A stretch of DNA of 64,000 nt from the NCBI RefSeq assembly GCF_902459465.1, contig NC_047071.1, positions 3,596,001-3,660,000 on the forward strand, written 5' to 3'. The DNA is from Asterias rubens. Lineage: Eukaryota. Below are positions 1 through 12,000 of this stretch, in pieces. Position numbers and translations under genes: made by a program. Numbering within the stretch: the first letter of the stretch is position 1; every line of letters starts with the position of its first letter. A model generated the notes under the pieces. It did not search any database and was not told where the DNA came from. It saw nothing but the letters and a program-made list of their open reading frames with translations.

Positions 1-96
1 ATTGTAATTTGTAACAAAAAATCATCCAAAACTTACATGAATTAAACTTTGGATTTAATCAAGAAGCATGAATATCAATGAATAATCTTAACTTAC

Positions 97-3000
97 CTCT
101 CCATCTTTAAACTCTTCATTTATTTTTTTACTCTCAGTTTCAAGTGTTTTATGAAGACCACATCTTTCTTCCAAGTTGTCCTCAGTCAGACAATCTGTTG
201 ACAAAACATTCAAAATACAATCAGAAGAGGATTGTGGAATATCAAATAAAAAAAATTAAAATAAAGAAGAAGCAGTAGTAGGAGTGTAAAAGTAGTAATA
301 ATAATATTAATATAATAATAGAGACATTTGCAAAGCGCCTAATGCGACAAGCCTCTAAACGCATAAGAGCACAATAAAATATAAAATGAAAGAAAGATAC
401 AATTACAATATTCAAATAAGCAGATTAAAAAAAGCAGCTTCAACCAATAGGGTTTGAACAGAGACCTTTTAAGAGAACTAGTGTGGCAATTACGCACAGT
501 CTATGGGAAATTGTTAAAGGCAGGGACAAAGGAAAGATCAAAAGAATGCTCCACAAGGGTGCAGTTTCAAGACTTTCTGGGTTGACATAGGGGAACAAAT
601 GTCTGCATTGTGTACGACTCTTGTTATTTTGTATAATCATGTCCTTACCTTCGTGTTCTATCTCAACCGCTTTGAAGGTGGATGAAGTCCCATGATTGCT
701 ACTACAGCTGTAACTACCATCAGAAACATTTTTGATAACCGTGACTTCCATCTCAAGTAATGAAGATGAATACCTAGTTAATCTCACTAAGTGTTTGCTA
801 TTCTCAATGAAGGTAGCATTGTCAGCTAAAGAGTTAAAAAATAAACAAAACAAATAATCTTGATTATAAGATGATAGTATAAGAAGACGATAATTTTGAA
901 ATAGAAAGAAACTAAAAACATTGTTTATCCCCATAGCATGATCATCACTGGACCTTAAAAATTCCGTAAGAAAATTTGCAGCCCGGTCTATACAGGCACC
1001 TTGGAGTTTTTCTTACACAAACAGACACGTTACTTGCATTTGTATATAGTTGGTGGGTTACATGAAGTGCTTAGACTGCCAGCAACTGTTTTGATAACAA
1101 AAGAAAATTCTGTTCAAACACTCACTTTTGGTCCAACTAACATTTAACTGTTCAGTGTTGAATACTCCATAGTCGAATTCACAGTACAGGACTATCTTAT
1201 CCATCCCACATACTTTAACAGACTTTTCAACTGGCTGTACAATAGCTGGAAAAATACAACAATTTAACCAACAAAAATTATTAATCAAATAGGATTTGGC
1301 AGTTTGTGGGATAATCTCATTCTAAACATCTCATTTTTACTGGATAGGATTTGCACTTTGTGTGGTTATCTTATTTTCAATGAACAGAATCTGGTCAGTA
1401 TATGGGAAACTCTTACTTTCAATGGAAAGGATATTCAGGTTGAGGGTACGTACACTTTAATCTCATATTAACGGGGTAAAATTTGCAGTCTGTGGAGTAA
1501 TTTCATTTTCAACTACGAATAGGATTTTCAATCTTTGGGATTATCTTATTTTAACAAATGATTTTCAATCTGTAAGGTAATCATATTTTCACTTGGTATG
1601 ACTTGCAGTTTGTGGAGTAATCTCAACCTTATGATATGGGATAGTCCTGTTGAGGAACTAACAGGCCAAACCATTTTCATCAGTTTCATTCGTAGAGAAC
1701 ATTTTCCACCACTGCATGTAAGAATTTAAACATTTTGTCACGGTGGCATTTTGTAATGTACAGTCATTGGTTGGAGACGCACCTGGGGTTGATTTCACAA
1801 AGATAGTGCTACCTTAGAACTAGTCCTAGGACTCTTGGAGTTATTAAAAACTTAAGGCTAGTTCAAAGTTAGGACGAGTAACTCATCCTTACTCAAGATA
1901 AGTTAAATCCAACCCAGATTCATTGACTTACCCGACTTTGGAGAACCATCTCGAGGATTTCCACTGGGACTGTTAAAAATAAAATTAGAAAAATCACTTA
2001 ATGGCACTGCAGCCGATTTCACGAAACTCTAGGATTAATCCTAACTCGAGTTAGGACGAGTGACCCGTCCTAGCTTAGGATGGGTCCAATGTGTCCTAAC
2101 ATCTTTGGATACGGAACTCAACTCGTCCTAAGCCCTAACATTAATCCTAAGTTAGGAAGAGTTTGGTTAAATCGACGGCTGGACACATTTGCCACCATTA
2201 CTCAAAATATATATAAGCATCAAAATTAAATTTGTAACAAGCAATGGAGAGCTGTCCTCACTTAAATATTTGAATCTGAGAAAGACTTCTCAGACATCTG
2301 AAAGCGCACACATTTGTGTAACGAAGAAGTTTTTTCTTTCATTATTTTCTTGCAACTTCAATGACCAATTGAGCCTAAATTTGTCATGCTACATGTAGCT
2401 AGTAGATAAGGTAACCTTACTTACTCTACACACCAGCTACCGTTCCAGTTACCATACGGACCAAAAACAGTATTGCATTCACTTTCTATTCCAGCTAATC
2501 CACAATTGTCAGTAATTGGCCAATCCAGGAGCCCATTGGCTCCTGCAACAACCAGGACGTTAGTATCACTATCGTTCAATAGACCTACTCCATTGACAGC
2601 CTCTGACTAAGAGAAAGGGGAAATGCACATTTAATGATTACTACAAAACGCAGATACACAGATATACTTTTACTTTTATAACGAATCAGTCAAATAGAAA
2701 GTGATGGAAAGAGACCGGCAGAAAGCATGCAGGAAAAGCAAGGGGTGAACAATGAAGAGAGTGACAGGGGGTGGGAGGGGGAGGGGGTAGAGGCTGGCTA
2801 GACCCCAAGAGGATGGAAATACAAAGGACTTAAAAGTTGGAAGATGGAAGACAAATAATTGGTTATGTGAATGAAGCAGACTAAGAAGAGAAAAAAGTAT
2901 TGGTCATTTTATTCTTGGATATCAGGTCATGGGAATGAAAGGTCTGAAGGCGCCTTATCCACAGTTTCTCCCTACTCAGACAAACAGTCTCTCCATGGTT

Positions 3001-6000
3001 AACCGTTACCTCTAGTGCCAGAATTGAAGTGATTGGGAAGATGGATTGATCGTGACAACTTGAATTTATTCTAATTTACCTCACAAAAAATCCTCCAAGA
3101 TTTAATGGACTCATTTAAATTATTCCACAAGAACCACTGGTGACAAATAAGCTAGAGTTATATAAGGGTTTTACCAGGTGATACATGTAGGTGATGGAAA
3201 AAGGATATTTAGCTTACCATGAATTTGAGCTTGACTGCTTTAAAAGGCTCAGTTGCACTTGAACAGTCATCTTTGTATGCTTTCAAAATAACTCCAGTTG
3301 CTGATAGTTTAAACAACAAAATTATGTTTAATGCTTGATTTGATTTTGTTTATTTAAAAATTCCATACAAAAACAATTTTCACTTGTTTTCAGAGCCCAG
3401 AGCGTGTCTGACTTTTCTTGCGGTCCCTAAAACTTGATGCATTGACGGTCATGAAACAATCTCAAAACTTCTAAATTGATAGTAGTCAATAACCTAGAAG
3501 AAATCACCAGAATAAGGAGCAACAAAATGGCCGTCCACACAAGATATTACAAGTGAGTCGCAAGCAATAGGGACTTTTGGCCACTAGGTGGCAGCAGACA
3601 ATCCAAGTAATTGTCCACCATTTGCGTGAAACAGTGCGCACATTCAAAATACTTGATTTACTTGGTAAGCCAGCATGCATTCCTCACTGTCTCCCACTAA
3701 TATGGGTTTGTTTTGTTAAAACTGACTCCATCTTTACTTACTTGTACCAAAGAAGAAGACACATTTGTCACCTTGAAAATCTGCAGTCAGAGATGTGAAC
3801 CTCAACCCATTAATGTAGAGGGTAGGTAGTGCAGATGTAGGTAGAAAATCTGTACTAGTAGCAGCTAGATCAATTGGATTATAATTGGGTACCAGTTTAT
3901 CAAGAAGCGGGGGGTAACTAACGGAGTGCACATTCTCACACTAAATTCAAAAACAAAACAAACAAAAACAAATCAAAGATTATTATACTCAGATTAAAAA
4001 ACCAGACAAATATTCAACTAAGTCACAAATTATATTTGTATTTCCAACTAACCGATCGAGATCCTACTCCATCAAACAATTGATTTCAATTGTTTTTCAT
4101 CTGTGAAGTCTTTAGGAGTTCTTCATTAAGCTCTGTATATCCCAGTATCTGACATTGTTGGTAAAACAGGTTCTTCTTTAATGAAGCATAATTTGCAAAT
4201 GTGTGTTATTTTCCAGTTCTTCATTGCCAACATATTTAAATAGTTTGTGCTAAATTAAAAACCAATTTGAATGTAAATTTATAAATATGGGAAGTTTACA
4301 GGAGTTGAACTTGACCGAGTCTATGAAGTACTCACCGTCCCAGGTCTCGGAACTGGATCCGCATCGAGAGGCAGCCAGAGTTTAGTCGGAACTTGCCCCG
4401 CTTGATCCTTAAATTTTCCTTCATTAAACAACTTCATGATGTCTTCCATTCTATAACGGCAAAGTGCTGATGCCGCTGGTCCAAGTCTGCAGGCAAAGCC
4501 CAATCAAGAAATCAGTCAAATAAAACAATTGTTTTTACACCAACTTAGTTTTGCTAAATCTAAGACCATCATTGGGGTGTCATAGTTTGGGTGTCACGGC
4601 CAAGCGGATAAGAACACCAAACTCAAGCTCTCGTGTTTCTGTTCAGCAGAGTGTGGCTTTGAGTCCCCGTTCTGACACTTGTGTCCCGGAGCAAGACAAT
4701 TAACTAAACTGCTCACAAAAAGTAAGGACACTTTTTTCATTCCAGAATATTTGTTATTATTTTATACTCTCTTTGTATATGGTATATATCAATGCAAAGC
4801 TGACCTGTTCCTCTTCAAAATGATACTACAGTTGCAATGATTACATGTTGCTGGACTTTACCACGTTAATGAGAATGAGACAAAGTCACAAATCAAATGT
4901 GCCAAAATTAGCAATTTTGTGTTACTGTGTGAACAATCAAATTGACACTGTAATTCAAACAAGCAAGACAACTTACTGATCTTAATCACCTTTATTGAGA
5001 CAAGAAATTTGGTCTAGAGCAAGACAACTTACTGATCTTAATACACTTAATTGATACAAAAAGTTCAGTAACAGGTGGATGATCCGAAGGCGTTGATGAC
5101 AGCTGGCACCTTCTTTTCATGCTGCACACAAGTCTTGTGATGTGCTAATGATGAGGGATGGCGTTCCATTCTTCATTAAGGAACCTGGTTAGGTCAGCCA
5201 CAGTTGATGTGTTGGTGGTTCTGGCGAGGACAGCGAGGCCAAGCTGGTCCAACAGATGTTCCATGGGATTCAGGTCTGGACTGTTAGCGGGTCAATCCAT
5301 CAGGTGCACCCCAACATTTTTCGGGTAGTCATCACCAGTCGGGCTCGATGGGGGCGAGCGTTGTCATCTTGAAAGATGGCATTTGGTCCAAGAGTCTGCA
5401 AGTATGGGACTGCATTCGGCTGTAGAATATACTCTTGCAAATACCCATCAAACAAGGCGTTTTTCATGAGATGAGGGTTTATGTCCGATGAGCTCACGGT
5501 GCAAATCATTTTGTAAGCCATTAATGGTTCTGAAAAGCTTGATCGGTTTGATTATTGAGCATTACCTATTGACCATTCACAGACAACGGTAATTTTGGCA
5601 CATTTGATTTGTGACTTTGCCTCATTGTTATTCGTGTAGCCAAGTTCAGCAACATGTAATCATTGCAAATGTGATATCATTTTAAAGAGGAACAGTTCAG
5701 CTTTGCATTGATATATACCATATACAAAGAGAGTATTAAATAATAACAAATATACTGGAATGAAAAAGTTTCCTTACTTTTTGTGAGCAGTTTATAATGG
5801 CTTCTCTCCACCCAAGGGTAAATGGGTACCTGTGAGGGCAGAGATGATTCTTGTTGATTGATTGAGCTTAGTGCACTACAAATTTGGCAGCACAGGTTGT
5901 ATATTCCACTAGACTTATCACATCCACATGAAATACTGTGAACTCTGTTGTCATATTTTCCTTCACTTTTTTAAGTGCCTCGCAAAAAGGCAACTAGAAT

Positions 6001-9000
6001 AATGGTGCTCTACAACTGCTAAACAAGCCGAGGGCTGCTTGTTTAGGCTATCCAACTGTATCCAGGATGTCCAAACCTGGATGCTCGCAAACAAACTCAT
6101 GCCGAATGAAAACAAAACAGAGTTTTTCATAGCATCGTCACCATATCACTACAAACGTCTTGAGCTACTAACCCTCACCATAGGAAACGCAACCATCAAT
6201 CCTATCGCATCCGTTCGGAACCTGGGAGTAACTTTTGACAACTCCATGTCAATGAGTCAACATGTCACTGGTCTCTGCAGATCCGTTAACTATCACATAC
6301 ACAACATCACAATGATACGCAAATACCTGGATTATGACACCTGTCATTCTGTTGTTCGTGCACTGGTACTCTCACGCCTCGACTACTGCAACTCCCTTCT
6401 CACTGGACTGAAGCAACACGATCTCAACCGCTTACAAAAACTCCAAAACAAGGCCGCTCGACTGATCCATAAGAAGCCAAAGTATTCCCATGCCACACCT
6501 CTGCTCACGGATCTCCATTGGCTTCCGGTCGACCAGCGGATCAATTTTAAGACGGCACTAAACATGTTCAAAACTGTATCCAATACTTTCCCATCCTACA
6601 TTTCAGACACACTAGATCTCAGCAAACCCAAACGTGAAGGTGTTTGATCTCAATCCAATCTAGTAGTACCTCGATCCTTAAGGAAGTTTGGAGACCGTGC
6701 ATTCTCCATCGCTGGTCCCCGCAACTGGAACTCACTCCCAACAAACATCCGGAACGCTTCTTCTGTAGAACAGTTTAAATGACTTTTAAAAACACATCTG
6801 TTTAATCGTTCCATCTAATGTGTTTTTGATTCTAGTCTTTTTCTCTTTTGGGTTTTTGGTTGCATTATCCCTAGCGCTTTGCATACTTTGGAAAAGGCGC
6901 TTTATAAATTTGGTTATTATTATTTATTACAAATCTACAAATACCTGATAGATTGATTGATTGATTTCATGAAACATGATGCCCACTGGACACAAGCTCC
7001 AAGATAAAAATAATTTAAAAAAGAGCCCAACAATGAACTTACTCTTGGGAAGTAAATACTGCATATACTTCCTCTGTATCTTCTTTCCAAATCACATCCT
7101 CTAGAAAACATAAGAAAAAAATGCACTGTTATTAATAAGTTGATACAATTTAGTTGGTTTGCAGTAACACCATGTGTGTGTGTCTACTTGCCAGGTAGAT
7201 TTTGTTGTTATGAAAACTGTCTTGCTGTATATTCTACTACCGCAGAGTAGATTTTGGATTTTCGGGAGACTTCTAATCCAGTGTTGATACAATTTACCGA
7301 TGAATTAATACATTGTTGAGTATGGTTAGTAAGCATGGTTAGTATTAATACAAAGTATTAAGTATCATGAAATTATGAATGGTTAAAATCTTACGAATGA
7401 GATCGTAATAAAATGGAAGAAGAAGGTCTGGCAGAGAGCAATTCACTCGAGCTTTGATGAAAGTTGCAAGTTTATCCGACTTACTGCTGTCCCCAGTATC
7501 ATTCTAAAGAATATAAGAAAATACACAACATTAGTCCTTGAAATTTTAATAATAATACTAACAATAATAAATAAGACTTATAAAGCGCCACACATTCATG
7601 AATGGACTCCAAGGCAGACAAACAAACAAACAAACAGCGTATGACGAAACAAGGACAAAAAAAAAAACAAGATAAACAATGACATTACAAAATGCTCATG
7701 ACTTTGAAGAAACTGCTGTTACAAAAGAAAAGGAAAAGAAGTATTCTTCAAGATGTTCGGACATTCTTAACTAAGATTTGGGAAGGACTTACCTTACACA
7801 CTCTACTCAACCTAGAGTAGACTTTATTGCCATGAGTTTCATACTCCAAGGCGGGCTCACGGTAGAAACTAAATACATACGTATTTCCAGTAGTACGGTC
7901 AGTGTACTCAAATGGACGTCCCACAAACACTACATCCTCTGTTAGGATTCAAAGAAATAAATCAATCAGTTTAGACATTTATTTAAATAATTCGATCAAT
8001 CGGTTTATTGTTCTCTTGCAAATTCGATCACCAATTGAGCCAACATTTTCACAGATTTGTTGTTTTATGCATACGTTGGCAAAAAGTGTAACGACTAGTG
8101 TTATTGTTAGTGTAAATGTAAGTGTTGTTTGGCAATAAACCAGTCTGGCTTGACTGGTACCCTGGATAACCGGTAACCCAAATCCAGCCATTTGCAATAC
8201 ATGACAAGCGATCCGAGGCGAACCCCCACATACGAGGAGCTTGGTATCTGTGTGTAAATATAAATACAATATTAAGGTTCTAAAACTTACTTTGAATAAA
8301 TCTGCCTCCAACGGTCACTGTATCCAGCTCAAATACAGGATCCCCTTCTAGGGGTACTCTGTATTTCTGTAAGGTTGAATCATCACCAGTAAGTGCAGCA
8401 AATAATACATCATCCATATCCCCTGGACTTGGGCCTGGGAAAGCAAGAATCGAGAGATCATTTAGTAAAGGTTCTCTGCCTTCAGCACAGAATTTAACAT
8501 CATATTTCCAAACTAACAGAAATTCTGCTGACAAAGAATTTTTGTACTTCTAAAATAGTGTGTGAAAATACAGGAATGTGGGTGTGTGATTCGGTATACA
8601 CATTCTAACCGGGGACCTGTGACAAAAGAGGACAATAGGGTCCACACTTCGGGAAAAGTCCACAGTTGGAAAACAACTTCAAAACCAATGGGAGCTGTTG
8701 CAACAAAAAAATATAAACAAAAGAGGGACAATAGGAGGTCCCCGGTTGCAGGCGTATAGACACTTGGGTGTGTGGGGGATACCATCTACCCTCATATCGC
8801 GCTTGGATACTAATTCAGCATAATGAGTGATAACCTTTTGGAGCTGAATAATGCAAATGACTTGATAGTTTTTTAGCTAGAAAGATGATGAGATATTGAT
8901 GTGTAGAGATGTACTCACCAAATACTGCTGAAGATGGTCTGATATCGGGGAGTTTGGGTACCAAGTTCAACTGGGGAACAGTTCCAGGTGTACAGGTGAT

Positions 9001-12000
9001 TTCTAACAAGTCAGTAGTGTTACACTGTCAAGAAATAGTCAGTCAATCAAACCATGAGAAAATATAATATTATGTTATTATTGTATATAGTGTGTTTGTT
9101 TTATGGCAATTTTTACTCCATTCGATTTACTCTTTAATAACTTAAGTGTATTTTAAATCAACTTGCTACGCCTGCTCATATTTTTATTCTGTATTATATG
9201 TATTTGACAGTGCAGCACTATACTTATTCCTATTTTTGAAATTATAGCGTACATTTTTTTATACAAGCATTAGAGATAGAATATTTGCTAAGTACGTACC
9301 CTGTAGCACAATCTGTGAAATGCATTGGTACCACACACCAACAGTTCATTATCAGGCTGGTTAAGCTTCTCGACAACGCGAATGAAGTTCCAACAAACAG
9401 TCTAGAAGCCAAAAAAGAGAGAAATAATGTGTCAACTGCTGGGCTTGTATTGAAATTATGGCTAAGCACAGAGCAAGGTAGTTGCGATAATCATAACCCT
9501 CCTCCCGCTGTTTGGGAGGAGGGTTAAAATCACCTAAAATGAACTGGGTTTTTTTCTGGTTCGTCTAAATCACCCAAATGATGTGTGGAGTCAGTTTCTT
9601 CAAGCTATGCAAATTTTACTTACTACACCAAATTGAACTGTATTTGTTTTTTGTTCACAATTTCTCATGAGTATTTCACATAATAATGAGTATTTAACCT
9701 ATCCAATGAGTCTGTGCAATGGAAGGGTGATACCAAGGTGCACAGAGATAGCGAGACATAAACACATTATCTGAGCACCATTTCTAAAACACTATGCTTT
9801 GCAATGGCAGGGATTGCACAATTTCGCTACGCGCATCACACATATTTGAACATTTAGATGCAGCGATGTTGACGCCATTCGTTTTAGAAACATTCAAGTC
9901 AACTTGAAACTTTGCACAATAATGTCACATAGATTTGGCAGTTGCAACAGCAAGAAAAAAACATTTACGCTGTCCTTTGACTTTTTCTGTTGTTTTTTAG
10001 AACATTTCTTGTTAATTATGTAAAATAAATATAAATTGTTAATTTTGTTTTACACCAATCATCTTAAAATATTATTGTATATGTATCATCACTAAATAAA
10101 GTAAAACTATTAACCGAAATGCTCCTTTAAAAGATAACTGGGTTATTTTTCTGGGACATTTATTTTCTAAAATGTATATAAAGTAGACCTACTTCATTGG
10201 TTTTAGAGTTGAGAACTGTGCAAGACAGGACGAGCTCTTGTGTTGCATTTGTTGTCACAAGCGTCGTCTGTTGTAATTAAAAATAGAAGAAGGCAAAAAA
10301 GTCAGTACAAGATTTAAAATGACTTGTCACTACTTAAAGGAACCCGTTGCCTTGGATCGGTCGAGTTGGTCGAGTTTGTTATAAAATGTATATGGGTAGA
10401 AAGATGCTGTAAAAGTAGAATACAATGATCCACACAAACATGCCTCGAAATTGCACATTTTTCCTTTTACCTCGTCGACTAACACAGTCGGCCGTTTATG
10501 TTGACTCCCATAAATGGCCGACCGTGTTAGTTCGCACAGTAAAAGGAAAACCACGCAATTTTGAGGCAAACTTGTGTGGATCATTGTATTCTACTTTTAA
10601 AACATCTTTCCAACCATATGCATTTTATAACAAACGGTTACAAACGCTTTTTTATAGGCCAACTCGTCCGATCCAAGGTAACGTGTTCCTTTAAGAGAGG
10701 TTTGTTCTGAAAAGAACCGGTGGTGTTCAGAACCAACACTTATGGAAAAAGAGATTGTCGCACATGGTGTTACCGCAAAACTCTTATAATATTTCCACTA
10801 TGCAAAGTTTAAAATCCAACTTGTCACCGCTTAAAGGCAGTGGACACAATTGGTAATTGTCAAAGACTAGCCTTCACAGTTGGTGGGTCTCAACATATGC
10901 ATAAAATAACGAACCTGTGAAAAATTGAGCTCAATCGGTCATAGAACTTGCGAGATATGAATGAAAGAAAACACATTCTTGTCACACGAAGGTGTGTGCG
11001 TTTAGATGGTTGATTTCAAGACCTCAAGTTCTAAATCTGAGGTCTCGAAATCAAATTCGTGGAAAATTACTTCTTTCTCGAAAACTATGTCACTTCAGAG
11101 GGTGCCATTTCTCACAATGTTTTATACCATCAACCTCTCCCCATTACTCGTCACCAAGAAAGGTTTTATGCTAATAATTATTTTGAGTAATTACCAATAG
11201 TGTCCACTGCCTTTAAAGGGTCTATGTAATGTAACTTTTGTAGGACAAAAAACACAATGTACACAGATTTACACTAAACTTACACAGTTTGAAGATAATG
11301 ATATCAGAAAGCTTCCCTGAAAATACTACGTGCTCAGGTGCTGTAGTTTTTGGGAAATGAATTATCTTAATCATTAACAAATGTATAACATTGTTTTACT
11401 CATTTCTCAAAAACTACAGCACCTCAGTGAGTAAGATTTGAAGGGAAGTTCCACTATCATTAACTTCAAACCCTGTAAAGTTTAATGTAAATCGATGGAC
11501 ATTTTGAAAAAGTACCCAAATCTTTTAATAAAATCTCACAAAACATTAAATTTAAAATTATGTAGCAGATTGAAATTGTCAGTGAAACTTCTTTCAACTT
11601 ACCGTTATACTCTTAAACATCTTAGTTTCACTGTCAAGAAACACTCTAATAAGGGATTCATTTCCCCCAAAGTAGATGGAACCATCGATCTTATTTAAGA
11701 GCCGATATGATGGCTGCTGACCAGCATCTGTTTCACTTGTAAAATTGACCCCACCGTAATCTGCAAATTAAATCAGCAAAACAACCGTTCAAGAAATAGC
11801 AAAATAACCTCCACCAGTACAATACTCAATGATAAAAAATCATCTTATTGTCACCACAAGAAATACCTCAAGGCTATCCTTTTGGGTAGGTATTTTTTAT
11901 TTGGTAGGTATTTCTGATTGGGTAGGTATTTCTGATTGGGTAGGTATTTCTAATTGGGTAGGTATTTATGATTGGGTTGGTATTTTTGTTTGGGTAGGTA

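Noticed and set aside
6383-6583. Minus-strand ORF within the LINE
   Set aside because: It is the antisense shadow of the L2 RT coding region.
11006-11200. Recurrent [16 protein letters not shown]... (also at 46537, 57037, 57478)
   Set aside because: It lies inside the non-autonomous K1 MITE and shows no transposase motifs.
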